Source of the DNA: an uncultured delta proteobacterium | Lineage (GTDB): Bacteria; Desulfobacterota; Desulfuromonadia; Desulfuromonadales; JACZKF01 | Assembly (NCBI GenBank): GCA_963816395.1 | Contig: CAWFKQ010000005.1 | Span: 463,648-527,647, forward strand | Direction: 5' to 3' | DNA: 64,000 nucleotides | Shown here: piece by piece, positions 31,736 to 42,400 of the stretch | Layout of the letters: every line of letters starts with the position of its first letter | Numbering within the stretch: position 1 is the first letter of the stretch | Notes under the pieces: model-generated | The model's input: only the letters and a program-made list of their open reading frames with translations | Databases searched by the model: none | Told to the model about the DNA's origin: nothing | Position numbers and translations under genes: made by a program

Positions 31736-32830
31736 ATGCGCCTTCCCTTCCGCTACCTGGAGCCGGCCTTCTTCGCCGGGCTGATGGACGACCCCATCCT
31801 GCTGGTGCACATCCGGCCGCTAGGGCGCAGCCTGCTCTTCGACTGCGGACAGATCCACCACCTTGCCAAGCGGGTATTGCGCTCAGTCGATGCCGTTTTC
31901 ATCACCCACGCCCACATGGACCACTTCATGGGGATGGATACCCTGGCCCGCCATATCCTGGTTTCCCCGCGCACGGTGGAAATTTATGGCCCACCGGGAA
32001 TCGCCGGCCGCCTGGTGCACAAGTTGGCCAGTTATGAATGGAACCTGGCGGAAGACTTCTGGTGCTCCTTCCGGGTGCGGGAAATCCACCCTCGAAGAAT
32101 CCGCAACTTCCTGCTGGCAGGCCCGGAGGGATTTGCCTGTAGACAGGAATCTGAAAACTCCCGCCCCGACCCCACGATCTACGCCAACCGCTATTTGCGG
32201 GTGGAGGCCGCGTTCGGCGACCACAAAATCCCCTCCTTGCTTTTCCGCCTCACCGAGGGGCCGGTTTTTACCCTTGATGAAGGAAAAATCGCCAAGACGG
32301 GACTCGTCCCCGGCCCCTGGCTGAAGGAACTCAAGGGGTTGTTCTTCCGCGGCCTCCTGGCTGGCACCCCCTTGACTGTTCTGCGCCGAGGCGAGGGGGT
32401 GCAGGAGGCCCGGATACCCGACGCCGCCGCCCTGTACGCGGCGATCCGCAAGGATCTGCCGCCCACCTCACTCGGCTATTTCACCGACCTCGGTTTCAGC
32501 GAGGGAAACCGGGATAAACTCCGTTCCCTGCTGCAGGGGGTGACCCTGCTTGTCGGCGAATGCACCTACCTGCGGCAGGATGTCGCCCGGGCCCGGGCCT
32601 CTCACCACCTGTGCACCGCCGACATCAATGCCCTGCTGGATGAGCTGCGCCCCGCCTTCTTCCTTCCCATGCATCTCTCCAAGAGCTACCTGGGGGAGAG
32701 CCGCCGCCTCTACCAGGAGCTGGAACTCCCTCCCGGCACCACCCTGTTGCGCCTTCCCGAACGCATCACTCCCCGCCCCCTGCTCCCCGATGAACTCCCC
32801 CTCGCCGCGCGCGGCAGGGTCGAAGGCTGA
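31736..32830 (+). CDS. Ribonuclease Z-like metallo-beta-lactamase fold hydrolase
   Basis: LFDCG, THAHMDH, YFTD, HL, MHLS. Confidence 0.78.
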   Translation: MRLPFRYLEPAFFAGLMDDPILLVHIRPLGRSLLFDCGQIHHLAKRVLRSVDAVFITHAHMDHFMGMDTLARHILVSPRTVEIYGPPGIAGRLVHKLASYEWNLAEDFWCSFRVREIHPRRIRNFLLAGPEGFACRQESENSRPDPTIYANRYLRVEAAFGDHKIPSLLFRLTEGPVFTLDEGKIAKTGLVPGPWLKELKGLFFRGLLAGTPLTVLRRGEGVQEARIPDAAALYAAIRKDLPPTSLGYFTDLGFSEGNRDKLRSLLQGVTLLVGECTYLRQDVARARASHHLCTADINALLDELRPAFFLPMHLSKSYLGESRRLYQELELPPGTTLLRLPERITPRPLLPDELPLAARGRVEG

Positions 32831-33015
32831 ACCTCCACCGGGATGATTTGACAAGGATAATTTTCCGGCTATGTTGACAGGGAGAGGATGAACACCTCAG
32901 AACCCCCTATTTTCATGAGGGAAATTCAACTCATCCTTGCGCACCGCGCGATGGGCAGAAGCGGGCGACCCTTGCGGCCCAGGAAGTTTCACCATAGATC
33001 ACGAGGAGAGCCGTC

Positions 33016-33495
33016 GTGGAAAAGGAAAAGATTGTCAGCCTCTTGAGCGACCTGGTCCAGCTCGACATCGATGCCTGGCACGCCTATGGCCAGGCAATCG
33101 ACAAGATCGAGGATTCCCTGGCCATCCGCGATCGGCTGGAGCGATATCGCGCCGACCACCACCGGCATCTGGAAGAACTGTCCGCCAGAATCACCGATCT
33201 GGAAGCGGAGCCGCCGGCCTTCTCGCGCGACTTCAAGGCTTTTCTTATCGAGGGCTTCACCGCCCTGCGCAGCGTCACCGGAACTCAGGGAGCGCTGGCT
33301 GCGATGCGGACGAACGAGCAACTGACCAACCGTAAATACGCCAGAGCCGTGGAGCAGGAAGGGCTGCCGTCGGATATCCGCGCCCTGCTGGAGACAAACT
33401 ACCGCGATGAGCAGGAGCACCTGCGCTATGTGGAGGATCGTTTGGATTTCCTGGTCAGGGAAAAGGGGGGATCGGGGCGTTCACAATATTACTGA
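33016..33495 (+). CDS. Ferritin-like DUF2383/PA2169-type four-helix bundle protein
   Basis: LVQLDIDA-AY-QAI, DHHRH, AMRTNE, DEQEH; GAGGAG RBS. Confidence 0.82.
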   Translation: MEKEKIVSLLSDLVQLDIDAWHAYGQAIDKIEDSLAIRDRLERYRADHHRHLEELSARITDLEAEPPAFSRDFKAFLIEGFTALRSVTGTQGALAAMRTNEQLTNRKYARAVEQEGLPSDIRALLETNYRDEQEHLRYVEDRLDFLVREKGGSGRSQYY

Positions 33496-33564
33496 ATCCA
33501 CTCCAGGATTTAATATAGGATGGGTGGCTAGTACTCAATAAAAAACATGCAAAGGAGATATCAC

Positions 33565-34381
33565 ATGAAAAAAATTGCCATAATTGCCAGTATTTTCATG
33601 ATCGGTGCCCTTGCAGGTACCAGTTTTGCTGAACAAAACAGCAATAGCGATCAGAGTTCCAGTCAAAATTCCTACAGCAGCAATCAGGGTTCCAGTCAGG
33701 ACAGCAATCAGGGTTCCAGTCAGGGCTCCTACAGCAGCAATCAGGATCAGCAGGGACAACAGAGCAATCAGCAGATCGGGCAGAGCGACCAGATGGGCCA
33801 GCAGCGCTACCAGATCGGGAAACAGCTGTGGGGCCGGAGCGGCGAGGTCGGCCAGCAAGGGAAACCAGGTCACTCCGCAATATTATGGCGTCTCCCCGCA
33901 GTGGAGCGGGTCTCAGCAAGGCCAGGGCTACCAGGGGCAGCAAGTATGGGCAGCAGTATGGGCAGCAGGGATGACCGGCAGCCAGGGCTATCAGCAGCAA
34001 TGCCAGCCCTGCCAGCAGGGCCAGCAGTACGGCTACCAGCCCTACCAGCAAGGCCAACAGGGGCAGCAGTACGGCTACCAGCCCTATCAGCAGGGGCAGC
34101 AGGGGCAGCGGGGGCAGCAGTACGGCTACCAGCCCTACCAGCAGGGCCAACAGGGGCAGCAGCTATCGGCCCTCCCAGCAGGGGCAGCAAAGGTCTTATG
34201 GCCAGCAGTTCTACGGCGTCTCCCCCGGTTTCCAGGAGCGGCAGAACCAGCAGTATCAACAGGGCAGCAGAACCAGCCCTACCAGCAGTATTACCGGCAA
34301 TACCAGCCGTACCAGCAAGGGCAGCAGGGCCAGCAGCAGCCCTCCTATCAGCAGGGCCAGCAAAGCGGAATGAACCAGTAA
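33565..34381 (+). CDS. Secreted low-complexity Q/G/Y/S-rich repeat protein, frameshifted in the assembly
   Basis: AAGGAG RBS; signal peptide MKKIAIIASIFMIGALAGTSFA; SNQGSSQ repeats, then QQYGYQPYQQGQQG repeats in a shifted frame; terminator after TAA at 34381. Confidence 0.75.
34022..34156 (+). repeat. Three 42-bp coding tandem repeats (QQYGYQPYQQGQQG)
   Basis: Units at 34022-34063, 34064-34105 and 34115-34156 differ only at synonymous positions. Confidence 0.9.
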
Positions 34382-34420
34382 TCTTCTGCGGCAATCCGCT
34401 GCAGCCACCCCATCGATATC

Positions 34421-34452
34421 GCCGGGCTTTTGCGTCCGGCTTTTTCTTTTTC
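34421..34452 (+). terminator. Intrinsic terminator after the Q-rich gene
   Basis: GCCGGGC-TTTTGC-GTCCGGC followed by TTTTTCTTTTT. Confidence 0.8.
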
Positions 34453-34463
34453 TGCAGTAAGAG

Positions 34464-34487
34464 AAAAGCCCGGGCGAAAGCCCGGGC
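34464..34487 (-). terminator. Intrinsic terminator on the minus strand
   Basis: GCCCGGGC-TTTC-GCCCGGGC-TTTT on the minus strand, just downstream of the small ORF starting at 34615. Confidence 0.65.
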
Positions 34488-34509
34488 GGTGCAAGTTTGG
34501 GAATGGAGT

Positions 34510-34615
34510 TCAGGTATTCTCGATCATCGTCTTCCGCCCGGATTGATACCGGTTCCGGAAGGAGACCGAGAGCCTTGATTATGCCGATGATTTTTCGGCG
34601 GATCATCTCTCGCAT
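34510..34615 (-). CDS. Putative small protein (about 35 aa)
   Basis: GGGAGG 5 nt before ATG; MREMIRRKIIGIIKALGLLPEPVSIRAEDDDREY. A TGA one base out of frame at 34510 precedes the terminator. Confidence 0.45.
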
Positions 34616-34856
34616 GATAGCCTCCCTGGGCGGATTAATGACTTTTCTGGTATCAATTTAACACCTATTTCCCGAATGGCAAACCGAACCGCCAGGCAGG
34701 CAATCGAACCTGTTGAGTCGCCCGCTGGAATTGACACGAGCCACGTTTCCGTTACTCTCCGGAGAGGGGAAATGCCGCAGTCCGACGGTTCACTTGTCAT
34801 TTCGAGCGGCCGGCAGCCCTCCGATCTCCCTTGGCCATCTCACCGGGTGCGGCGGA

Positions 34857-35853
34857 ATGCGCAAGCGCAAGCCAGTCCTTTGGCTGCTCCTCATCAGTAT
34901 CTGCCTCACCCTGGCGGTGCCGGCCCTGATCTCGGGATTCGGAAGTTTCGGGCAGCTGAAACGGCTTACCTGGCTGACCGGCATCGGTCTGCTGGTGATC
35001 ACCCTCTCCAGTTGGGGGTTCAATGCCGCCCGCGTGCGGCATCTGCTGGCGACCCTGGGCAAGAAAGTCAGCCGCCGGCAGAGTCTGGTCATTGCCATAT
35101 CGGCCGAATTCGCCGGCCATGCCACACCTGCCTCCTCCGGGAATGCCGGTGACCTTCGCCTTTCTTCTGAAGGATCTCGGGCTCAGCCTCGGCCGCGCCA
35201 TGGGGCTGGTCAGCATCATCATGGCGCTGGATATCCTCTTCTTCATGACCGTGATGATTCTGGCCTCCATCTGGGTGCTGGCGGACTACTCCTTTCAGCG
35301 GACCGGCTACCTGATCGGCATGGCCGCGGCCATCATCGTCGGCGGCCTTCTTCTCCTGTGGCTGGTGATCCGCTATTACCGGCAGGTTTATCATTTCGTC
35401 AGCCGGCAGATGGCCCGGTTCCGCTGGACGGCCAGGCGCCGCTATCGCCTGGCCCGCACCATCGTCGAGATGGTGCACGCCCTGCGGCGGATCCGCCAGC
35501 TGCCGCTTGCCAGCCAAGCAGAGTTGGCAGTTTACACCATCGGCTACTGGCTGCCCCGCTATCTGGTGCTGATCATCGCCGTCTGGCTGGTCTCCCGGGA
35601 AGTACCGGTCGCCTACCTTTTTCTTATTCAGGGTTTGCTCAACCTGGGCAGTGAGGTATTTCTGCTGCCGGCGGGGGGCGGCGGGGTGGACGCGCTCTTC
35701 TTCGGCCTGCTCTCTCCCTATCTGAGCCCCGGCAACACGACTTTTGCCCTGATCGTCTGGCGGGCCTTCACCTTCTACTGGTATCTGCTGATCGGCGGGC
35801 CGGTTTTCCTCTGGCGTACCGGCAAAGCGGCCAGGGAATTGCTCAGCGGCTGA
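34857..35853 (+). CDS. Lysylphosphatidylglycerol synthase TM / flippase-like (UPF0104) protein, copy 1, frameshifted near 35140
   Basis: FAGHATPASSG, LPAGGGG, ALIVWRAFTFY; multi-TM; paralogue of the next gene. Confidence 0.8.
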
Positions 35854-35977
35854 AAACCTGCCGCGGCCGTCGTATCCGTGAATTGACAAGGGAGCTCTTT
35901 TCGTTAGGCTCGAGGTAAGTTAGCCCGGGCGACCGGTCCCTGCGAGAAAACCTACACCAACTTATTCCGGTAGCGGA

Positions 35978-36973
35978 ATGCGCAAACGCAAGCCGGTCTT
36001 CTGGCTGCTCCTCATCAGTATCAGCCTCACCGTAATCGTGCCGGCCCTGATTTCGGGGTTCGGAAGTTTCGGACAACTGGAGCGACTCTCCTGGTCGACC
36101 GCCAGCGGGCTGCTGGGCACCATTCTCGTCAGCTGGGGGTTCAACGCCGCCCGCGTGCGGCACCTGCTGGCGACCTTGGAGAAAAAAGTCCGATTCCGGC
36201 AGAGCCTGATTATCGCCATTGCCGCCGAATTCGCCGGCCATGCCACCCCCGCCTCTTCCGGAATGCCGGTCGCCTTCGCCTTCCTGCTGAAGGATATCGG
36301 CCTCGGCGTCGGGCGTGCCCTGGGGCTGGCCAGCATCATGATGGCCCTGGATTTCGCCTTTTTCCTGGCCGTGATGATTCCTTCGGCCATCGTGGTGCTG
36401 GCGCAATCCTCCTCGCAGCGGACCGGCTTCCTGATCGGCATGGCCGCGGCCGTCGCCTTTGGCGGCATCGTCTTCCTATGGCTGGTGATCCGCCATTATC
36501 GCCAGGTTTATCACTTCATCAGCCGGCAGATGGCCCGGTTCCGCTGGGCCGCCAGGCGCCGGTATCGACTGGCCCGCTATGTGGTCGAGATGGTGCATGC
36601 CCTGCGCCGGATCCGCTGCATGCCGAGGAGCGGTCAGGTGAAGCTGGCGCTCTATACCATCGGCTATTGGCTGCCCCGCTACCTGGTGCTTCTCGTCGCC
36701 GTCTGGCTGGTCAACCGCCAGGTGCCGATCGCCTACATCTTTCTGATCCAGGGTTTGTTCAACATCGGCATCGAGGCATTGATGTTGCCCGGCGGCGGCG
36801 GCGGGGTAGACATGCTTTTCTTCGGGCTGCTCGCCCCCTACTTGAGCCCGGTCAACATGACTTTTGCCCTGATTGTCTGGCGGGCCTATACCTTTTACTG
36901 GTATCTGCTGATCGGCGGGCCGATTTTTTTCCTGCGCACCGGCAAGGCGGCCAGGGATCTGCTCAGCGGCTGA
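35978..36973 (+). CDS. Lysylphosphatidylglycerol synthase TM / flippase-like (UPF0104) protein, copy 2
   Basis: FAGHATPASSG, LPGGGGG, ALIVWRAYTFY; intact ORF. Confidence 0.82.
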   Translation: MRKRKPVFWLLLISISLTVIVPALISGFGSFGQLERLSWSTASGLLGTILVSWGFNAARVRHLLATLEKKVRFRQSLIIAIAAEFAGHATPASSGMPVAFAFLLKDIGLGVGRALGLASIMMALDFAFFLAVMIPSAIVVLAQSSSQRTGFLIGMAAAVAFGGIVFLWLVIRHYRQVYHFISRQMARFRWAARRRYRLARYVVEMVHALRRIRCMPRSGQVKLALYTIGYWLPRYLVLLVAVWLVNRQVPIAYIFLIQGLFNIGIEALMLPGGGGGVDMLFFGLLAPYLSPVNMTFALIVWRAYTFYWYLLIGGPIFFLRTGKAARDLLSG

Positions 36974-37070
36974 TCTTAGTTTCAACGAAACAAAGCTGCG
37001 CAGCCAGGACCGGCCATTGCCTGCATCATCTTTTTCGCTATGCTTCTCTCCGGAAGAAGTGGAGGAGAGG

Positions 37071-37980
37071 ATGGGCCGTAAGCCACAGCAGTCGGTCGTG
37101 CGGGAGGAGTCTTCGCCCTGGAAAGCCGAGGGGAAGGAAATCCTCGCCGGCTTCAGCGGCGCTTTCATTTTCGGGGTTCCGCTTCTCTTCACCATGGAAG
37201 TGTGGTGGCAGGGAGCCCGGCAGCGGACCGCTCTACATGGCAGCCGCCCTGGCAGGCACCTATTTTCTCCTGATCCTGCTGATCCGGGCGGCCGGCTTCA
37301 AAAACGATCGTTTTTCAGGCTGGGGCCGGGTGTTGACCGATGCCGCCGAAGCACTGGCAATCGGCGAAGCGGCGGCCGCCTCGAGCCTGCTGCTGGTCGG
37401 CTCGCTGAATTTCTCCCTCGGCTTTGCGCCGGCTCTGGGGCGAATCGTCCTCGAAGGGGCGCCCTTCGGCCTGGGCGTCGGGATTTCGAACTATCTCCTG
37501 CGCCCCTCCGGGCGGAAAGGTCCAGAGGGGGAGAGAAGAGGAAACGGAAAAAAAAGAGGGCAAGAGAGGCGGCCGCCCCTGGATGGGCACCCTGGCCAAC
37601 CTCGGGGCGACGGCGCTCGGCGCCGTCGTTATAGCTGTGGTGATCGCCCCTTCCCAGGAGGTGCCGCTTGTCGCCGGACGGCTGAGCACCCCCTGGCTCC
37701 TGGTCCTGCTGGCCGCTTCCCTGCTGCTCTCCTATATCATCGTCTTCGTTGCCGATTTCATTTCCGTCGAGGCCCGGGCCTCCCACCCGGGCATCCTCCG
37801 CCACCCGGTGCTCCGAAACAGTCGTTGCACTGTTCGTCTCCCTGGCCATGTCGGCGGGGATGCTCCTGCTCTTTCAACGTCTTGACTTCAGTCACCCCCT
37901 CAACGACCTGGGTGTCCTACATCCTGGTTCTCAACCTCCCCGCCTCCATCGGGGGAGCAACCGGCAGGCTCGTCCTGTGA
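37071..37980 (+). CDS. TIGR02587/DUF2391-like membrane protein, frameshifted
   Basis: GAFIFGVPLLFTMEVWW, APSQEV, LPASIGGATGRL. Confidence 0.75.
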
Positions 37981-38345
37981 GCCGGGAAAATGAGCAGCGT
38001 TCGACGGCCGAAAAGGTGGTTCTGGCGGTTTCGCTGACCCTGCTGGCCGGCATTGTGGCGGGCATCCTCTACATCGCCCTGTGGCCGGCCGACCAACCGG
38101 CCAGCTTCCGGTTTGAAAGAGGGGAGATCCGACAGGCATCCGGCAGCTATTATCTCGACTTCCAGGTTTTCAACGATGGAGATGAAACGGGGCGCAAGGT
38201 CAGGGTGAAAGGAAGGCTGGGGCAGGAGGTCGATACCACGGTATTCAACCATTTCCCGGGACATTCCGAGCAGAAAGGGGTATTCATTTTCCGCTCCTAC
38301 CCGGCCGGCGCAGAGCTGCAGGTGGAGAGCTACCAGCGGCCGTAA
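37977..38345 (+). CDS. TIGR02588-like protein
   Basis: GTGA overlap; N-terminal TM; V-N-GDETG, GVFIF, VESYQRP; usual partner of TIGR02587. Confidence 0.72.
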   Translation: MSRENEQRSTAEKVVLAVSLTLLAGIVAGILYIALWPADQPASFRFERGEIRQASGSYYLDFQVFNDGDETGRKVRVKGRLGQEVDTTVFNHFPGHSEQKGVFIFRSYPAGAELQVESYQRP

Positions 38346-38445
38346 CAGACAGCGATGCCTGACTGCGGTTGCGGCAGCCGATTCTGCGCTGGAAGGCAGA
38401 TTGCGCAGCGGGCTTGAAGCCGCTTCCCGGCCGCCGCGGGGAATC

Positions 38446-38685
38446 CTATTCGAGATCGCGCTTGATCCGCTCGAATTCCTCGCGGGTGATATCGCCCCGC
38501 GCATAGCGCTTCTTGAGGATTTCCAGCGCCGTTTCGCCGCCTCCCATCCCGACCTCCCGGCCGCGGCCGGCAAAGGACCGTACCAGGAAAATGATGCCGA
38601 AGATGACGAGAATCCAGAAGAGGATCATCCAGAACCAGCCGAACCAGCCCATCCCCCAACCCCAGTTCATGTGATCGCCGTACAT
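38446..38685 (-). CDS. SHOCT domain membrane protein
   Basis: G/W/M-rich N-terminus, one TM, ALEILKKRYARGDITREEFE. Confidence 0.88.
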   Translation of the reverse strand: MYGDHMNWGWGMGWFGWFWMILFWILVIFGIIFLVRSFAGRGREVGMGGGETALEILKKRYARGDITREEFERIKRDLE

Positions 38686-38867
38686 CTTTGCGCCTCCGAT
38701 AGGAAGACTCCGCCTGCATTCAGGTTAGCATCCGTAATGAATTTGTCAGCGGGCGATGCTGTTCTTCGGGGCTGCGACCTCTGGGGAGGCGGAGACCCTA
38801 TGACTTAAACAGCGACGCCGGAGCACATCGGGCTCCGGCGCCGGCATCGGCTGGGGTAATGGCCTGC

Positions 38868-39260
38868 TCAGGGCTGCTGGTGCAATTGGGCGAGCGCCTG
38901 CAGCGCATCCTGGCGCAGCGGGCTCAGCGGGTAGAGCGTGAGGAAGTCCTCAAACTGCCGGACGGCCTGTCCCGAATCGCCGCCGACCGCGCTCTCCAGC
39001 GCCATATTGAAGTCGGCCAGCTCCTTGGCGGCAACTGCTATGTCCTGCTCCTTCCCCTTCCAGTAGAGATCGTCCACTTTCTCGTTTTTGGCGCCGCGCA
39101 CCCCCCCAACGGCGGTGGTCACCACCGGTTTTTTACTCGGCGTGACTTTTTCCAGCTTGCTGCGCAGGGTATCCCAGAAGCTTCCCTGCGCGGTTTCCTG
39201 GGCCGCAGCCGGTGCGGCCAGCAGCACCGCCAGGATGATAATTGCCAGCCCCCTGAACAT
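38868..39260 (-). CDS. Small secreted protein with C-terminal YbgF/BamD-like TPR
   Basis: Signal peptide (APAAA|Q); TTAVGGVRGA motif; FEDFLTLYPLSPL. Confidence 0.7.
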   Translation of the reverse strand: MFRGLAIIILAVLLAAPAAAQETAQGSFWDTLRSKLEKVTPSKKPVVTTAVGGVRGAKNEKVDDLYWKGKEQDIAVAAKELADFNMALESAVGGDSGQAVRQFEDFLTLYPLSPLRQDALQALAQLHQQP

Positions 39261-39343
39261 CTCCGGTCTCCTTCCCACCAATGTGCAGTCCCGAAAACTG
39301 CTTGAAAAACTCCTCTGCGTCTCCCCTCATGGAAAAACCGGAA

Positions 39344-39446
39344 AACGCAAAGACGCAAAGCTGAGAACCAAGGCGCAGAGAAAAATCCGTAAAATTGTTT
39401 GCTTTACACCCTTTGCGGCTTTCATTTCCCTTTGCGCCTTAGCGTT
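39344..39446. repeat. Intergenic inverted repeat built from CGCAAAG units
   Basis: AACGCAAAGACGCAAAG versus CTTTGCGCCTTAGCGTT (15/17 complementary), with an inner CGCAGAG/CTTTGCG pair. Confidence 0.65.
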
Positions 39447-39489
39447 GAAATCCCTGCTTTTCATCGCCTTCGGGTGTGCCGCAGACAGG

Positions 39490-42400
39490 TTACAGCGGGC
39501 CCATCAATTCGAGGGCCATGCTCCGATATCTGGCGCCGATGTCCGGCGCCATCCGAATGGCCCTCTTAAACGCCTTGGCCGCCTCTTCCCGGTCCTTCAG
39601 CTTCAGGCAGCAACGGGCCAGGTTCACCAGGATATACGGATCGGCCGGATCGAGTTCGGCAGCACTGTTGTAATATTTCCGGGCCTCCTCATAGTTCCCC
39701 TGGAGGAAATAGACGTTGCCGATATCGTTTTTCACCGCCGGCTGACCGGGCGCCAGCCCTTCGGCCTTCTGCAGGAGGTCGAGGGCCTCAGTGGGCTCGC
39801 TCTCCTGGGCGTAGAGGATGCCGAGTTGCAGCAGCGGCTGATAATTGTCCGGCTCGGCCCTGGCTACATCGACATAATCTCTGGAGAGATAGCTCAGGCG
39901 GACTTTCTTCAGCTTTTTCAACTCGTCATATTTCTCCTGCAGGGCCTGTCGTACCACCGCTTTCGGCCGCCAGGACGACATGGCGAGGCTTGCCGGTTTG
40001 TAGTTTTCCCAGGCCTGGTGGATGTCCATCATGGTCAGGCCGCGCCCGACCCAGTCCCGGTAATCCCTGCTTCCCGCCTCCCAGGCGTTGAAGAAAGGGG
40101 CACCGCTGAGGGTCATCTCGACCGGGATCCACAGCTGGCCCTCGTACTCGACGAACATGTCGGCCATCAGCTCCGGCTTCTGGTCGGGATCGAGGGCGGT
40201 GGCGAACATCATCAGCATGTGCCCGGGGACCTCCAGCACCATGGTACGGATGCCGAGGCTTTCCATCATCGAGCAGTAAAGCGCCACCAGATCATCGCAG
40301 TCGCCCGAATTGCGCTGCAGCGTCTCCCGCGGGTACTGAATGTAGTCGACGAAATCGGTCTTGCCCGAGGTGATCTGGTAGGGATTGGCGGGGTCCTGCA
40401 GATAGGTCAGACCGACCAGGCCGAGCGCATCGTAGAGGATGCCGCCAACCAGCAGCGGATCGTCGATCTCCGGATACTGGGTGATGACCGAGCGGACGAA
40501 TTCGAGAATCACCTCGTCCTTCGGGGTGATGAAGGTGGCGAAACGCTCCCGCACATCCCACATCATGCGGTGCCTCTCGAAGATATTGAGAGTCTGGTTG
40601 CGGGAGAAGGTTTTGAGCTGTCCGTCTTCGTAATAGGAAACCTGGATTTCAGCCTGTACCGGGGTATCCTCGGTCACGTTGAGAATCTTGTTGTTGAAGA
40701 CCGCCTTGACCGCCACGTCGCGGTTGGAACGCGGCTCGACATCCTTGATTTCAACCTCGGAGGGGAAATCCATAAACTCCTTGATGGTGAAGGCGATTTT
40801 AAGGGTGGCGATCTTCGCCCGGGTATTGTTGGCGATGTGCAGGGTGCCGATCCCCTGGTTTTCGTAGAGTTTATAGGAGTTGGAAAAGACGTTCTCGATA
40901 TCGGCGCGGACGATTTCGATCGGCGGACGGGTGGCGAGGAGGGTGGTCGCCTGGACTTCGGCGCGCCCGGATTCGACCGCATCGGTACTGACCGCCGATA
41001 CCCGGTAGGCATATTCGGTGGAGGGATCGAGGCCGGTTTCGACATAATCCGGCTCCCTGGTTTCAGCGATCTTGACGAACTCCCCATGTTCCCGGCGATA
41101 GATGTTGTAATGGGAGAAGAAGGCGCCGCCGACCGGCTCCCAGGCGAGTTCGACCGACCACTCCTGCGGCGTCGCCCGCAGGCTGGCCGGCGCCGCCACC
41201 TCCCCTTTCCCCGGCACGGCGCTGGCGGTGGCGGTGCGGGCACTCTCGTTTCCCTCCCTGGCCAGGGCGCTGACCCGGTAGCAGTAGGTCTGCCCGGGCG
41301 CGACGTCCCGGTCGACATAGACGCCGTCGGTGGTCCGGGCGAGTAGAGAGAAGGGCTTATCGGCGGCCGGCGCGCGGTAGACGAGGTAAGCCGCGACGTA
41401 AGATGCGGCGCTGACCGGCCAGTCGAGACGAACCTCCCGCATGCCGCCGACGGCGTTCAGTTGTCCCACCGGCTGCGGCGTATAGATGGTCCGGAATTTC
41501 TGCAGCCGCTTGTTGTCGCCGTCAACCACGGCAATCACCGTATCGTCGAGAGCGGCGATCGCCGCGGGATCGCGAAAATCGCCTTTGCCGCTCCCCAAGG
41601 CCCCGAAGGTGCGATGGAAGGTGCCGTCGAGGCCGTAGACCTGGACCCCGCCGTGCCTGACATCGAGGATGAAGACCTCATCGGCGGTCAGGGCCATCGC
41701 CACCGGCTCATCCAGGACGCCGGGTCCGCCGAACTCACGGACCGGATGCCCGTCCGGAGTGAAACTGAGAACCATCTTGCGGCCGCTGTCGAGCACGTAG
41801 AGGTTTCCCTTGCCATCGAGGGCGACGGCGATCGGGGTATCCAGCAGGGCGCTTTTTTCCCCGGCGCCGATCACTGAAAGGAACACCCCGTCGGTGTTGA
41901 AGGCCTGAATCCGGCTGTTGCGGCTGTCGGCGACATAAATGATGCCGGCCGGCGAAATGGCCAGATCGAGCGGCCGCGAAAAATAGCCTTTGCTGCTTCC
42001 GTAGCTGCCGACCTGCAGCAGAACGCTGCCGTCATCGGCCAGTTTGAGCAGGCGGTTTTCGCCGCGATCAGCCACCCAGACCTGCCCCTGCGGATCGACT
42101 GCGGCCGCCGCCGGCGTCCAGTCCGGCACGCGCCAGGTGGCGACTGGCTGTTCGTCGCGGTAGATATGCAGGACCTGATTTTCCTCATCGACCGCCAGCA
42201 GGCGCCGGCGCGGTCCGTCCCAGCAGATGCGGCTGGCCGCCAGCGCCGTTTCACCCAGCCAGCGAACCGCGGTCGGCGGCGGCGTGCGGTCGACGTGATC
42301 GACCTCGCTCCCCTGCTCCAGGGTGAACAGCTGAATGGCATTGTTTTCCCGATCGGCCACGTAGAGCTGCGCCTGCCCATCGACAAACAGGCCGCTGAGC

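Noticed and set aside
33650..34370. CRISPR array or non-coding VNTR
   Set aside because: Repeats are codon-phased, vary synonymously and have no unique spacers; they are coding.
34464..34500. c-di-GMP (GEMM) riboswitch suggested by a GAAA-tetraloop hairpin
   Set aside because: Lacks the flanking GGCAAAC and GACGCAAAG elements and second stem; better explained as a minus-strand terminator.
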